Shown one piece after another: positions 29,590-43,190 of a stretch of 64,000 nucleotides of DNA. Each line of letters opens with the position of its first letter. Within the stretch, counting starts at the first letter, position 1. The stretch is from Octopus sinensis (Eukaryota). The stretch lies in the NCBI RefSeq assembly GCF_006345805.1, contig NC_042997.1, positions 14,012,001-14,076,000 on the forward strand. The letters run 5' to 3'. The notes beneath the pieces are model-generated. The model made no database searches. It was given only the letters and a program-made list of their open reading frames with translations, and was not told where the DNA came from. The position numbers and the translations under genes are program-made.

Positions 29590-29932
29590 AATGTGAAATT
29601 TAGCATCGCAAAATTTTTCTCACCTTAATAAAATTAAATAATGCCATAGTTATGTCATTAATAAGAATAATATCATACTCTCTCTCACCACCCCACCTCA
29701 CCGACCAACATGGAGTCGAATGTTCATGCTGAAACACAAAAGCATGTTGGGAAAGAAATCCGGCAAAAAGGAAGCCATGATATACGAAGCAGGTATTATC
29801 TCCATCAAACGTAACACCGATATCGAACACAAACGCTACAAAGACATGAGTGTGTGTGTGTCTGCATATACATACAAACAAGAACAAGTACAAAGATATA
29901 TTTTTCCAACATGTAAATACTGAACAGTATAT

Positions 29933-30432
29933 ATCACTTTGATCACTTTGACCGACCAGTCCGTCAGGCGTCCATTTGACACCGCTGGTCACAGCACGCT
30001 GTCCACTCCTCTCTGGATCGCGTCTTTCTCATCCACGTGATCCCAATCGTCCTCTTGAAATCGTCACTCCACCGTCGTGGAGGTCTTCCGGGTGGTCTTT
30101 TCTGCTCACGCGAGTACCACTCGACAACTGCGTGCGTCCACCGATTATCGGTGAGCCGGGCGACGTGTCCAGCCCATCTATACTTGCTGCGAGTATACTC
30201 TGCGATGACATCTCTCACGCCGGACTTCTTTCTGATGATGTTGCTATTTATGTGCTCTCTCAACGAGATACCAAGCATTGACTTTTCCATGGCTCTTTGA
30301 GCCGTTACCATTCTTTGCTCTTCTCTCTTTGTGGTAGCCCATGTTTCACTACCATATAACATTGCAGGCAGAACTGCACTGTTAATGAGGTTGGCGCGGG
30401 TGGTCCTGTCCAACCTTCCCTTGAGCACATCC
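29933..30432 (-). mobile_element. 5'-truncated RTE LINE 3' end (RTE-1-like)
   Basis: Intact frame ...NSAVLPAMLYGSETW...QRAMEKSMLGISLREH...KYRWAGHVARLTDNRWT...RPPGRPPRRWSD, with tail caaagtgatcaaagtgat. Confidence 0.92.
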
Positions 30433-30436
30433 CTAG

Positions 30437-30560
30437 AAATTTTTCTGCTCTTAAAAATGATTTTATCTTTTATACAGTATATACTGTTCTGTTCTGTTCT
30501 GTTGGAGTTGGAGAACAGTATATATAAAAGATAAAATCATTTTTAAGAGCAGAAAAATTT
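30437..30560. repeat. Fold-back (inverted repeat ~45-bp arms)
   Basis: aaatttttctgctcttaaaaatgattttatctttta / taaaagataaaatcatttttaagagcagaaaaattt. Confidence 0.85.
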
Positions 30561-31451
30561 GCCGGCAACCAGCCAGGCTGAAAAAAAATGATATATCTTA
30601 CTACTTGTTCTACAATACATATCAACGCTTCAAAAACAAACTTATGCCTGTTTACACATGACGTAACATACATACAAATTTTAAGTCTTACCAGTAAACT
30701 AAAGAGCTAAATATCTTCGTTGAAATGGTCTAACAAGGCCGATAAAACCGAAACTCGCCAATCACTTTCACAATTTGGTTTTAAAGGCTCACTTCAAAAT
30801 ATATTGCCTTTATTGTCTACTAGACTATCTAAATTTTCGAACAACTAATCTCATTGGAGTTGTACAACCCTAGAAGGTGTATTTGTTTCATAATTGCTTC
30901 TATAATCTCCGTTCATCGAAGCTTTTCATTTTACTGTAGTGCATATGGGGAAACCTACCATATCTGTATTTAGTGTGATGAACATTCTCCTGAGATATTT
31001 TCCCTTTCCTTATGTATTTTTGTATACGTACGAATGATTGTGTATTGTGAAGCTATATATGCGAGGATATGGAACGCTTTTGTATTTGTACATCTATATG
31101 CTCATCATGCCAGTGCGTAGATCTGGAAGTGGATATCATATCCTCTCACACACACAGACACACACACACACACACACACACACACATTTTACTTGTTTTA
31201 GTCATCTGACTGCAGCCATGCTGGAGCACCACCTTAAGGGCATTTTATGCATGAAAATAGTTGGCTTTGTGTGAAATGATATCTAATATTAGATCTAAAA
31301 TTCCTATACAGAAAATAATGAAGTATTTGAAAATACAAAGGACCTTTATGAGCGGATTTTAAATTATATATTTTTGTGTGTTCGTGCCTTTATATACATG
31401 TGCGTATATCTACATATGTATATCATTATCGGTATACATTTGAGTGTATGT

Positions 31452-31514
<63 letters not shown>

Positions 31515-31674
31515 CCTGTCTGTATACTTCTATGGATTGGTTCACAACCAAATAATTCGGGGTTCAGTCCCACTGCGCGGCACCTTGGGCAAGTGTCTTC
31601 TACTATAGCCTCGGGCCGACTAAAGCCTTATTAGTGGAATTGGTAGACGGAAGCTGAAAGAAGCCCGCTGTATG

Positions 31675-31765
<91 letters not shown>

Positions 31766-31793
31766 TGTGTGTGTGTGTATGCATGTATAAATG

Positions 31794-31853
<60 letters not shown>

Positions 31854-32067
31854 ATATATACATACATACATACATACATACATACACATACATACATACA
31901 TACATACATACATACATAAGATAAACTTACTCGGAAATGGATGCGGGGCATTCAATCATATAATAATATCTATATATAATATATATACATATAATATATA
32001 TATACATACATATGTATATGCATATATACGTACATATATGTACATACTTACATATATTAGTATATAC

Positions 32068-32414
32068 ATATGCATACATGGGTACAGGACGTCATAAAAT
32101 GTAAACAACATGAAATACGAAAATATGGAATGCGAAATCTTTTTGCGAACAACGAAAGAAACAAATCAAAAACAAGAGAAATAACATAAAGAACGACCCT
32201 TCATCAGTTGTCGGCTGTTTTATCTACTCCACATTTCGAGAATGAGTAGATAAAACAGTCGACAACTGATGAAGAGCCGTTCTTTATGTTATTTCTCTTG
32301 TTTTTTATTTGTTTCGTTCGTTGTTCGCAAAAAAAGTTCGTATTCTACGTTTTTCGTATTTCGTATTTCATGTTGTTTACGTTTTATGACGTCCTGTACC
32401 CATATATGTATATG
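32068..32414. mobile_element. Long fold-back element with CTGATGA on both arms
   Basis: ~150-bp arms (tgggtacaggacgtcataaaa.../...ttttatgacgtcctgtaccca) and a short loop near 32230-32243. cgacaaCTGATGAag is present on both arms, but no GAAAC half was found. Confidence 0.75.
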
Positions 32415-33953
32415 ATTTAACAATGTGTATATGTATCTATGTATCTACTTTCGATGTGATAAACATTTAAAAACACAAAACGAACACCGTCACCACTCAA
32501 TGTCTTTTTCACTCTCTCGCCTTCTCTCTCAGTTTATTTCTCTCTCTTTCACTCTCTTTCTTTCTCACTTACGTCCTCTCTGAAATATTTAAACACACAA
32601 AACGAACGCTGTCACCACTCACTGTCTCTTTCACTCTCTCTCTTTCTCTCTCACTCTCTCACTTTCTCTCTCACTCCCTTTCTCTCTCTCTTACTTCCTC
32701 TCCGCCCTCCTAGCTCTCTCTCTCTCACTCTCTTATTTTCTCTCTGTCCCCCTCTCTCTCACTTTGCCACTTCTTTGAAGTGCGACGCACACAACAGGTA
32801 CGTACAAAAACAAAAAGTTAGCGTATTAATATTATTGATATACATATATGTATATTTATGAGTATGTAGGAGTTTGTGTCTGTGCGTGTGTGAAGAATAA
32901 TTCTGGTTCTGTCTGTCCAAAATATCATCATATATGAAAATGTATATCTGCATATCGTACGATTTCTTTTGCTAAATTCTTGACAAATGGATTAAGCTAA
33001 ACTATAGCTAGCTAAGCACTAAATAACATATCATAGCGAGTTTTGGAAAATAAATAATTCTATAGAAAACACCTTTAAGCTAAAACTGATATTATATGGA
33101 AAACAGAAACACTTTAAATTAAGAAAATAAGATTAATATTTTGCTTCTAAAACACAATTGTTTTGAACTATTCTGCTTTGAAATACGAACTGTTGAATGA
33201 GGAAATGTTTAACTATTAAGTTTGTAAAAGTTGCAGTTGTTTTTTTATTGTTGTTTTTCAGGCAGAAATCAGTCCCTCCCCCATTGAGCAAATAAATGAT
33301 CATGGGAGTAGCAGCTGCGATCATCCCGTATCTGTTTTGTGAACTACATTGTTCAAGAACTACATTGTTTCGTATATTCTTTTCTTAATTTGGCAACGTG
33401 CTGTTTGAACCATTTTGGCGGCTATCTTTAGCAGATAGGACAACCTACAAAAAAAGATTTAACAAATATTCTCCCTCCCTATTTTCAGAAATTTACTCAT
33501 CATAATGAACCATCCACAATTCTAGAAATATGTTGTTGTTGTTGTTGTTGTTGTTGCTGTTGTTGTTATTGGCTTTGTTGTTACTACTGCTATTGCTGTT
33601 GTTACTGATGCTGTTCTGCTGCTGCTGCTGCTGCTGTTTTTGCTGGGGTTGCTGTTGTTTACTTCAAGTAAGCTCTGATGAATCATGCCTTTGGACAAAG
33701 ATGCTCCAGCCGGGATTCCTATATTTCACACAGTATGTCATGAACTGTATTATCCGTTCTCTTTCAGTACGACAACCACAAAAATTTATACTCTGGTTAA
33801 ATCAACATGACATTTAAATGATGGCATGTTTGTGGAAGCTGTAGAACGCCAAATTAAATACGTTGCAATATTTAGTTTCTCTTTTCACCATTCTGAGTCT
33901 CTCTCTCCCTTTATCTCTCTCTCTTTCTTTATCTCTCTCTTTGTCTCTCTCTT

Positions 33954-34000
<47 letters not shown>

Positions 34001-34247
34001 CTGTATATATATATATATATATACATGCACACGCATACATACATGCATGCATACATAAATACATAAATATATATATATATACATGTACATACATATATGT
34101 ACATATATGTACAATCATATATATATAGATAAATAGATAGATAGATACATACATACATACATACATAATACATGCATGCATGCATGCATACATACATACA
34201 TACATACATAATACATACATACATACATACATACATACATACATACA

Positions 34248-34279
<32 letters not shown>

Positions 34280-35058
34280 CAATATATGTACATATATGGT
34301 ATGCGTATATAAATATATTGTTGGTGTTGTTGTTTAAACATTCGTAGTTAGATTACCCAAAAGAAAGAAGAAATATTCGGAACTTAAATCGCCTAACCCA
34401 CCTAAAAAATAAACTTAAGGATGGACGGAAGACAGAGGAGTGTTTTAACAAAATGAAACATATCGTATACTCTAATTGAATAGCCTAAACCAAATGGAAA
34501 GTTACATAACAAATTTAATCGGTGACTTTTAATAACCATGCAAATCCAACCTAACGGAAGGAGGCATAAAGTTTACACATTTTGAAGGTAGATACATTAG
34601 TTAATCAAATCACTTTGATATGAGTCTTAAAAACAGATTGTTATTATAAAGAAATAGCTATTGATTTTGATACAATCCTCTGTAGTTGCCACAGAATTTA
34701 ATTAACGCAAAAATTCACAGCCAGTGAACCAACTCATCTGTGGAAGTCACCTTAACAAGATACGTAGAAGACACTGTAACAAGACCTGTATTGTTTTTGG
34801 AGAGACTGTCTTAATGAGCGAGTTAAAGACAGTGGATAATATATGCTGAACCCGGAAGGTAAAGAGAAATGAATGTTTACTCAAAGTGTACTGAGATAGA
34901 CGGAATCGGACGTTAAGGATGTTAATCTGAGAGGAAAATTTTCACATCTTTCACTAATTTGGGAAATAATAGATATGTAAAATATTGCAATTTACAGATG
35001 CTGTTCTCGTTGCTGTTGTTCTTGCTATTATTTTCGCTCGATGCTGTTGTATTTTTAT

Positions 35059-35089
<31 letters not shown>

Positions 35090-35570
35090 TATATATATAT
35101 GTAAACAATACAGTTGAATTTGTTATATAATATTTAGCTACATTATCCTACGCGCACTTCATTAACAATGAATAAATATCGGCTATATAAACCAAATCTT
35201 CTCTATTTGCAGAGTCAAATCTTCAGAGATTGCGTAACACTTCAAAATTGATATTAATGGGTTGTCGTATCAAATACTACAATGACTGCTAACTTGGGTC
35301 AAGGGATAATTTTTATACATACTAGTATGAGGGGAATGTGTTTTCTTGATTTCCATTTGTTGATAACAAATAAAAACAGATATTATCAAACACTATATTT
35401 TCCCTACCAATAAGCACAGCTGTTAGTGACACTTTCAGTCTTAAGTCTGGCTAACTATATCTTATTCATTTTAATGCACAGGCATGATAATGATAAGAAG
35501 CATGCATCCCAATCACATGGTTCCGGGTTCAGTCCCATTTTGTTACATCTTAGGTAAGCGTGTGTGTGCG

Positions 35571-35642
<72 letters not shown>

Positions 35643-35756
35643 GTGTGTGTGTGTGTATAATAAAGGTAGAAAATTTAGAGAAATTTTCTAGCAGTGGCCA
35701 GCATGCGTAATAAAGTCAATAGACAAAATAATTTTCATATAAAATAGTGCATGTAT

Positions 35757-35803
35757 TATACACAAAAGAGGTGACCTTTAACAGGACACCTCTTTTGTGT
35801 ATA
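35757..35803. repeat. Hairpin
   Basis: tatacacaaaagaggtg-acctttaacagga-cacctcttttgtgtata. Confidence 0.8.
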
Positions 35804-35811
35804 ACTACATA

Positions 35812-35849
<38 letters not shown>

Positions 35850-35929
35850 CAGAAATTGGAGAAATATTGATGAACAACAATTGACTTACATCAATTATTA
35901 TTCCTAAATTCAATATAAATAGACTGCAT

Positions 35930-36044
35930 CCCATCTAACAGCTGTTTCTGCTTCCAATGTTGTATGGTATTGCCATTGATATGCTAAAAATATCATATTT
36001 GGTAATAAAACCGATCTGAAACATAGAGCTTCATCAGAGTGAAG
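35930..36044 (-). ncRNA. Hammerhead ribozyme motif with long stem-II loop, inside the repeat at ~35850-36410
   Basis: ttcact-CTGATGA-agctc...ggaagca-GAAAC-agct-GTT-agatgg, with palindromic stem III ACAGCTGT. Same family as 57560-58030. Confidence 0.6.
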
Positions 36045-36399
36045 AATAAAGAAGAACATAGAGAAGAAAAGGGAAAAAGATGAATATGGTTTTAACCATA
36101 CCATTTTGCTTTGGGATGTTAAGATAAGAAAAAATACCTTTTGTGAATTTATGGTTAAGGCTCGCAGAGTTACGTTTCCTTTCATGAAAACTGGTAAAGG
36201 AAAATATCATCCAGGTTATAAGGAAAGAAGGAAAGAAGGGTAATATTATAAACTGAGAGAAAGGGGATGTGATAAAATTAAAGGAAAAACAGAACCAACA
36301 AGGTAAGGTAGAGAAAAGTGGGGAGGGTAAACAAGGAGAGAGGTTTAAAAAAAAAACAGAAAAGTAATGAGAAAAAAGATAAAATAAAGCTAAGAGAGG

Positions 36400-37221
36400 A
36401 ACGGTCTCTGTCTTGCAGCAACCATTGAGTGGGCATATGATGTTATCCACTACATAAGCAAATGGCCTCAATGCCTGTGGGAAAGTACAACTAGAAGAAA
36501 CTTTTACGCATGTACCTATAAAATAAATCTCTACATTTATGCTGTTGGAAGCTAGCCTAAGAACTATATTGCTTAAGTTGTATTTAACATTGTAAAGAGT
36601 GGTGTAAATCAAATGATTTGGTCGCCCTCTTTGTAAAAGATTTAGAACAATTTACACTAAACTTTAGGTACTGTTTTACCAAAGAAACCGTAATGCAACA
36701 TTATGAAGTATTTGAGAAGTAGAATATGTTATTCGAGAAAAGGAATCGTGTTAGACTTTGTATAAATCATGACACCCGGGGTCTTCAGTTGGGAAACGAA
36801 TTACCACGCGTATTCTTAAATAAATTCTAAATACTTCATAGAAATGGCGTCTATCGCATAGTCACAGACCGACAACTTTTGTTTCTTATTTCATCAACTT
36901 TGGTAGAATGAAAAATTGACGTTGATCTCCGATAAGATTTATTCCCTGAACTGAGTATGATAATCACTTCATCCTAGTTTATTAAGCTCTTATCTGCTCT
37001 CAGAAAGTTATGTTCAGGAGTTAAACAGAACTAATCTTATATCAATCTGAGCTGTCTCTGATTTGTACGTGATGAAGGATAAATTGCGTGGAGTCTAAAT
37101 ATTTTAGACTCATTTCAACACAAGATTTACTTTTATTTGAAAGTATTCACCACAATCACTGAATTTTACATGGGCACAATACACCAGGAGGAAAATACCG
37201 TGCATTAGTGGTCTATGTGAT
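36400..37221 (-). pseudogene. Possible two-exon Cys-rich peptide remnant
   Basis: Exon 37221-37151 (acceptor tttcag, donor G|GTGAAT) joins in phase to an exon starting at 36515 (acceptor ttttatag), giving MHGIFLLVYCAHVKFSDCGTCVKVSSSCTFPQALRPFAYVVDNIICPLNGCCK. Confidence 0.25.
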
Positions 37222-38696
37222 CTGAAATTGCTGATACGGTTTAGTTTCTGTTCCTTCTTTTTGTTTTGTGAAAGAATAATCCGAATTCTCAATTTTATTC
37301 TACAACGCAGAATCTAATCAATACATAATATACATTTATAATGATTTACATTAAGTCAATAGATATTATTTAACATATTTTAACTTTTACATAAACATTT
37401 GAATATTGTCTTACTACAACAAACAAAATCATTCGTCAAATTTGTATATTTATAATATAAAGTGAGGTAGATATTTGATTGAACGATCAGATAAATAATT
37501 TTTAGGTGTAGTATATATGCGATTGCCAGTGACGATTTAATACACTTCAGAGTGTCTCTAACATTTAGACGAATCACCCAGAGACTGTCCATTCTATTGA
37601 ATCTGTTTAAAATGGAATTTCCGAGAGAGGAGATATTCATACACTATTGAAGTGTTCTGATGAGATAATCAAAGGCTACCAATAATGGCGGAAGCCTTGA
37701 GGCAACTTAAACAAACTTTTAACGCCAAGTTGATTCTGTGAATATAAAGTATTTAGAACCTGATGCGTGGAATTCTATCACGCTTATTGCATTTACTCAG
37801 AATTACAAAGAATCAGCACAGGAAATTAAAATACTGTCTAATGAGCGCTAGTAAGATATGTTAAGATGAAAGACATGAAAATTATGGAAAAACATTGTTG
37901 TTGTTTTTGTGATATGATATATATTGTTAACTGTGGGTCTTCAGCCACTATCACTGACACAGAAAAAAAAAGATAAAGAAGAAAATGAAGATATTTCCTT
38001 TTATCTCTTCCTCTAGCAGTAAACAAAGTCGTTGCTGAAACCCTTGTTGTTGTAGACAGTTATAAGTAAAATTGCATTGCTCACATACTGCCTTCGCTCA
38101 TCATAACGATGGTCGTTTGGTTCATACATTCTGTTATTATTTTTGCTTTTATCTTTCTGCTGTTGAATCCACGGTGTTTACTGATGTAGTTGCTGCTGCT
38201 GCTAAAAGTGCACCTGTTGTTACTTGCTTTCCACTTCTTTTACCTTATTGTAAACATCGCGATGGATGATATTAGTAAATAAAATATTGAGAGATGATGG
38301 CCTCGTTGAACCTAAAACATACAGGTTCCTTTGTACGTATGCAATGCATTGACCTGTTCTGATTCAGCTGATCTTTGATCAGCAGTGTTTCAGCCACAAC
38401 CATCCCCAACATTTATGTATTCATGACTACTTGGCACGATGTGCCCATAATCTACTTTAAACAGTAGGATGCTATATCTTACAACTTTTTGGACCATACA
38501 ATGATATCCTCCCTGCCTTATATATTGTTGTGTAGTAAAGGAAATGTGTATACTTGAACTGTGGAAACTTGTAATATAGTTCTCATTGTTATAGTTGTTA
38601 TACTGCAGATCAGTACGGAGGTATCTTATTTGTGATCAAATGTGCTACAGCCATGATCATTTCATCTTTTTTACATAATTAGGGCTATATTTTCTC

Positions 38697-38746
<50 letters not shown>

Positions 38747-38794
38747 TGTGTGTGTGTATGTGTGCGTGTATATGTATATATATATATATATATA

Positions 38795-39190
38795 TAGGCG
38801 CAGGCGTAGCTGTGTAGTAGAAAGCTTATTGCCCAACCACAAGGTTCCGGGTTCAATCCCTTTGCGTACAACTTGATCAAGTGTCTTCTACTATTGCCTC
38901 GGGTCGACCAAACCCTTGTGAATGAATTCAGTAGACGGAGACTGAAAGAATCCTATCATATATATAGAGAGAGATTTGCGTGTGTGTGTCCTTGTGACTG
39001 TGTTTGCCCTCACTCCGTTTGACAATCGGTGTTGGTGTGTTTACGTCCTCTAACTTAACAGTTATGCAAAAGTAACCGTTAGAATATGTACTAAGCTTTA
39101 AAAATATAAATACCGGGGTCGATACATCTGGCTAAATGTTCTTCAAGGTGGCGCCCCAGCATGACCGCAATTTAAAGACTGAAACAAGAA
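38795..39190 (+). mobile_element. SINE family B (diverged)
   Basis: ggcgcaggcgtagctgtgtagtag head through gactgaaacaag tail. Confidence 0.85.
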
Positions 39191-39271
39191 GCACATAATA
39201 TATATTATCTTCCTTTTAACAAGTGCGCCTCCCTATATAACTAACTCTCATCTACCCAGTACAACATTGTA

Positions 39272-39363
39272 TTCCCTGATGAAGGAGGTAGTATCCAATT
39301 TTTGGAGTGAAAATACCTTTAAAATCTATGGATCACTCTGCCCCTGAAACGGCCGTAAAAGGA
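39272..39363 (+). ncRNA. Minimal type I hammerhead ribozyme motif
   Basis: ttcc-CTGATGA-aggaggtagtatcca...tggatcactctgcccct-GAAAC-ggcc-GTA-aaagga. Palindromic stem III ACGGCCGT, long stem II, weak stem I. Confidence 0.65.
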
Positions 39364-40676
39364 TTACCATCAATGGTTTATCTAAACAGGATTACTTATT
39401 CTCTTGGATTATTTACATATGTTCTTTGAAAATACCAATCTCAACGCTATGATTTTTCTTTATTCGTTCATTTTGTAAGACTATTTTATTCATCTTTTCG
39501 TAAGGGAATATTTATTCTTGAATAATTTTTACAACGTCGTTCTACACCGCCTTTAATTCTAAATGTCTCTACATATGTCTATATATATATATATATAGTT
39601 TTATAATCTACATCTATACTTTTACACAGCTACACTTTTGTAACTTAATCCCATTCATCTATTTATATAAGTATATTAAATTTTTATATCATGTATTCAT
39701 AGATTTTTAATCTATAATACATTAAAAGTTAGACTGAATCTTGCTTGCTTGCAATGTTACTCAGCCAAACTAGAGTATAATGCGAAAATACTATGAATAA
39801 GGTTTCCCTTGAAATGTAAATACGAACGAAATGAAACAAATTACGCATAAATTGGATAAGTGGTTGTGAACACATTAAGTGTTTTGGGGGTATAAATACC
39901 CAAAATGGTGCATGATGGGAAAAGTTTCCAAAATTAACCTAAGCCTGAAAGGGAAGTAAATCTTACCTTTCAATTAGACAGTGACTTGACAATGAAAAAT
40001 ACGATTTGTTTTTTTAGAGATAATATTTCTATTTTCGCTTTGTTAAACAATATTTTAATCATTTAGAAATATTTTTAAGTGAATGTGGTTTCACTTAAGT
40101 TATTTGTACAATAAGTATTTATATTTTAGCTTTCTTTAATCAGACAATATTTTTATGTTTTTTTTTTAATTATTTTCAATTACAATTTTTTTTCGCATAA
40201 ATATTTCGTAAAAGACCCGTTCGTAATCTTGGTGTGAAATAATTTTTTCCATAGGTTTTTTTAGTACTTTCAACGTATCTCACTTTCAAAGATTTGGCTG
40301 CTATTTCTCGCACACACTGCTACCATGTAACTGCTATTTGAATTAATACCTGTTTCGTAGTAGCAGAGCATGCAAGAAATAGCAGCCAAATCTTTCCTTT
40401 TCTGGAGAAAGGAGCCGCCTACGCGTGATTTCGATGTCACATTCGTTGAAAGCATGCAAAATTACCTGGAAAAGAAAAAACAAACCCACGAAACAAAACT
40501 CCGTTGTGGGAGACTCAGACTTTCCTGGTGACCCAACGAGTCATAGGTAGTCTAATATGCTTTAATATTTTAATGGCTTATACATTTGTATATTTAAAAG
40601 CTGATACACATCGATCCATGGCAGAATATAGGTTTATATAAATTATTGAACATATTTGAATTCTCCTTCACATTTT

Positions 40677-41000
40677 TTATATCTTGCGCCTCATGCTTTT
40701 ATCTGAGCTCTTGAAACCACTGCTTATACACAAAGAAATTTTACTATACATATAACTAATGGTCGAAATGTTTAGGCCTCCTTGGTGTTGAGATGTACAG
40801 GTCCTCAAGCACACGCTTGTTTTGGTCCTCTTGGTTATTTCTGACCAAATTTTTTTGTTTAAGGCGTATTTTTGTTCTTTACATTTGGAAATATCATTTA
40901 TTGGTCTGTATGCATTTGTGTAGCTCATTGAAAAGAATAATTTTCCAATATCTCAATGCTTTAAATGAACCAATTCACATGTGTAGCGTGGCCCGTATTC
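40677..41000 (-). mobile_element. Possible decayed non-LTR reverse transcriptase thumb-region fragment
   Basis: Frameshifted ...LYIS/QHQGGLNISTISYMY..., resembling the LYxxxxxGGLG motif that follows non-LTR RT domains. Confidence 0.3.
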
Positions 41001-41013
41001 AATCCATTCTGAT

Positions 41014-41058
41014 TGAACTAGTACTTTCATGCATTAAACTATGCAATCTTCAGGTTCA
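41014..41058 (-). ncRNA. Compact hammerhead-like motif (45 nt)
   Basis: tgaac-CTGAAGA-ttgcat-agttta-atgcat-GAAA-gta-CTA-gttca. 5-bp stem I, palindrome AGTACT, CUA triplet, U/U at the first stem-II pair. Confidence 0.45.
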
Positions 41059-41827
41059 TATAGTAATGGTGACAGTTACGTTTTACACGCCACAACGATG
41101 CTACATATATGCATATATATACATAGTATTGTGTGTAACATCTGAATTCAATGTAAAATAATATTCAAGAAATAAGCATATTTGCTAAATAATGTTTTCA
41201 TTATGCTAGATTTAGCTATAATTATTTAATATTTTCACATTGAAAGCTGTTGGAAAGTCAACAAATATTTTTCACTCTTTTCGTAGACGATTCACATATT
41301 GCCCTTCTGGTAGCTTCTTATTATTGTTTCCTTTATTTTTTTCTTTTTCATTTAATTTTACTTTATCAACAAGTAAATAGACGTGGGCAAAAATATGGAA
41401 TAATGGATTCAAAGTTGACTAAAATTTCCAAATTATTGAAATTTTGATAACATCTCAAATATGGAAATTGCAAAGAAACAGAAATATTCTAAGATAATAT
41501 ACGTGAACCTGATATTGTGTTAAGAGGTGTCACTGTGTATATCTGTGGGTGTGTGTATGTATGTATTTATGTGTATATTTGTGCATACGCGTATATGTAT
41601 ATGTGTGTGTATATGTGACTAAATGGATACAGGATGCTTTAAGTTCAGCAGATAACTTATATAACCCACAGATATATTCTTTATGAAGTAAGAAATTTCT
41701 GTTTAGGTAGCTTGATATATCTAATAAATTCTCTAATATGTAAATACATCATGTGTATGTGTGTGTGTGTATGTGTGTGTATTTTTGTGCATGTGTGTAA
41801 ATATGTATATGTGTGCTTACACAGGTA

Positions 41828-41858
<31 letters not shown>

Positions 41859-41859
41859 G

Positions 41860-41932
<73 letters not shown>

Positions 41933-43036
41933 GTTTATTTATACGCATGTACATATGTATACATATGAACATATATGAACATATATAGATACATAGTTAG
42001 GTATAAACACACACGCACACACGTGTTTGTGTGTCAGAGTGTATACTTGCATGTGAATATGTGTGCGTGAATATGTGTATGTGATTATGTGTGTGTTTTT
42101 ATATGATTCTAAATGTATATGCATTTACAGATAATGTACACATCTACACATCTTTCCTTGTGATTATTTCTATCTCTTTGTATGCCTACGTTCAATATCT
42201 ACACATCTATCTATCTATATATATAATATATATATATAATACATACGTAAATAGATATACATATACATACATAAATATAAGTGTATATGTTTGGATAAGT
42301 GAGTATGTATAGGTTACTGATCATGGAACAATACATGTTTGCCAACATTGCCTGAACGTGTATAGATGTATAAATAAGCAAGTTAACATGAAACGTAAAT
42401 GACAAATCTTAAAGTTATAAAAGGAAATGTATAGAGCAGAAAACAATCCCAATATAAATATATATAAATACACACACGTGTGTGTGTATATATATATATA
42501 TATACACGTGTGTGTGTGTGTGTGTGTGTGTAATATTTTGCTATATAGAGTTTTGGAAGAAAAATGTAAGGCAAATAAAGAAATGAATAAATTACTCCAG
42601 CAGGTTATCTCATATAGATATTCTGTCCAAGTATTTTCTTCCCACCGTCTCTGTTTGTCTCTACGCATGTATATATGTATATATGTGCGCGCATGTGTGT
42701 GTGTTTACACGCATATATATGTATTTCTACATATACATATATCCGTATTTGCACAAGCACATTTATGTATGCATGTTTATATATAAACACACATATACTC
42801 AAACAAACATATGCATATATATATGTATATATATATGTGTGCATATATTTATATATACACACACGTATATATATATAGGTGTGTGTGTGTTCACATACAT
42901 ATATATATGCCCCTCTCTGTTTCTGTTTCTCCCTTTCTCTCTCTCTCTCTCTCTCCTATCTATATATATATATCTTATATATGTGTGGGTGTGTTGTGGT
43001 ATGTGTGTGTATGTATGGTGTGCGCGCGTATGTATG

Positions 43037-43130
<94 letters not shown>

Positions 43131-43142
43131 GGTATAAAAAAA

Positions 43143-43190
<48 letters not shown>

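Noticed and set aside
33670-33700. CTGATGA/CTGAGGA/CTGAAGA matches at 33676, 37657, 4868, 18904, 36782 and 46888
   Set aside because: No properly placed GAAA, stem II or stem I partner, so they were not counted as hammerheads.
40330-40480. Strong minus-strand acceptor (ttttttcttttccag) and a possible exon
   Set aside because: The downstream sequence is largely the old gctagaaatagcagcc repeat and gives no convincing peptide.
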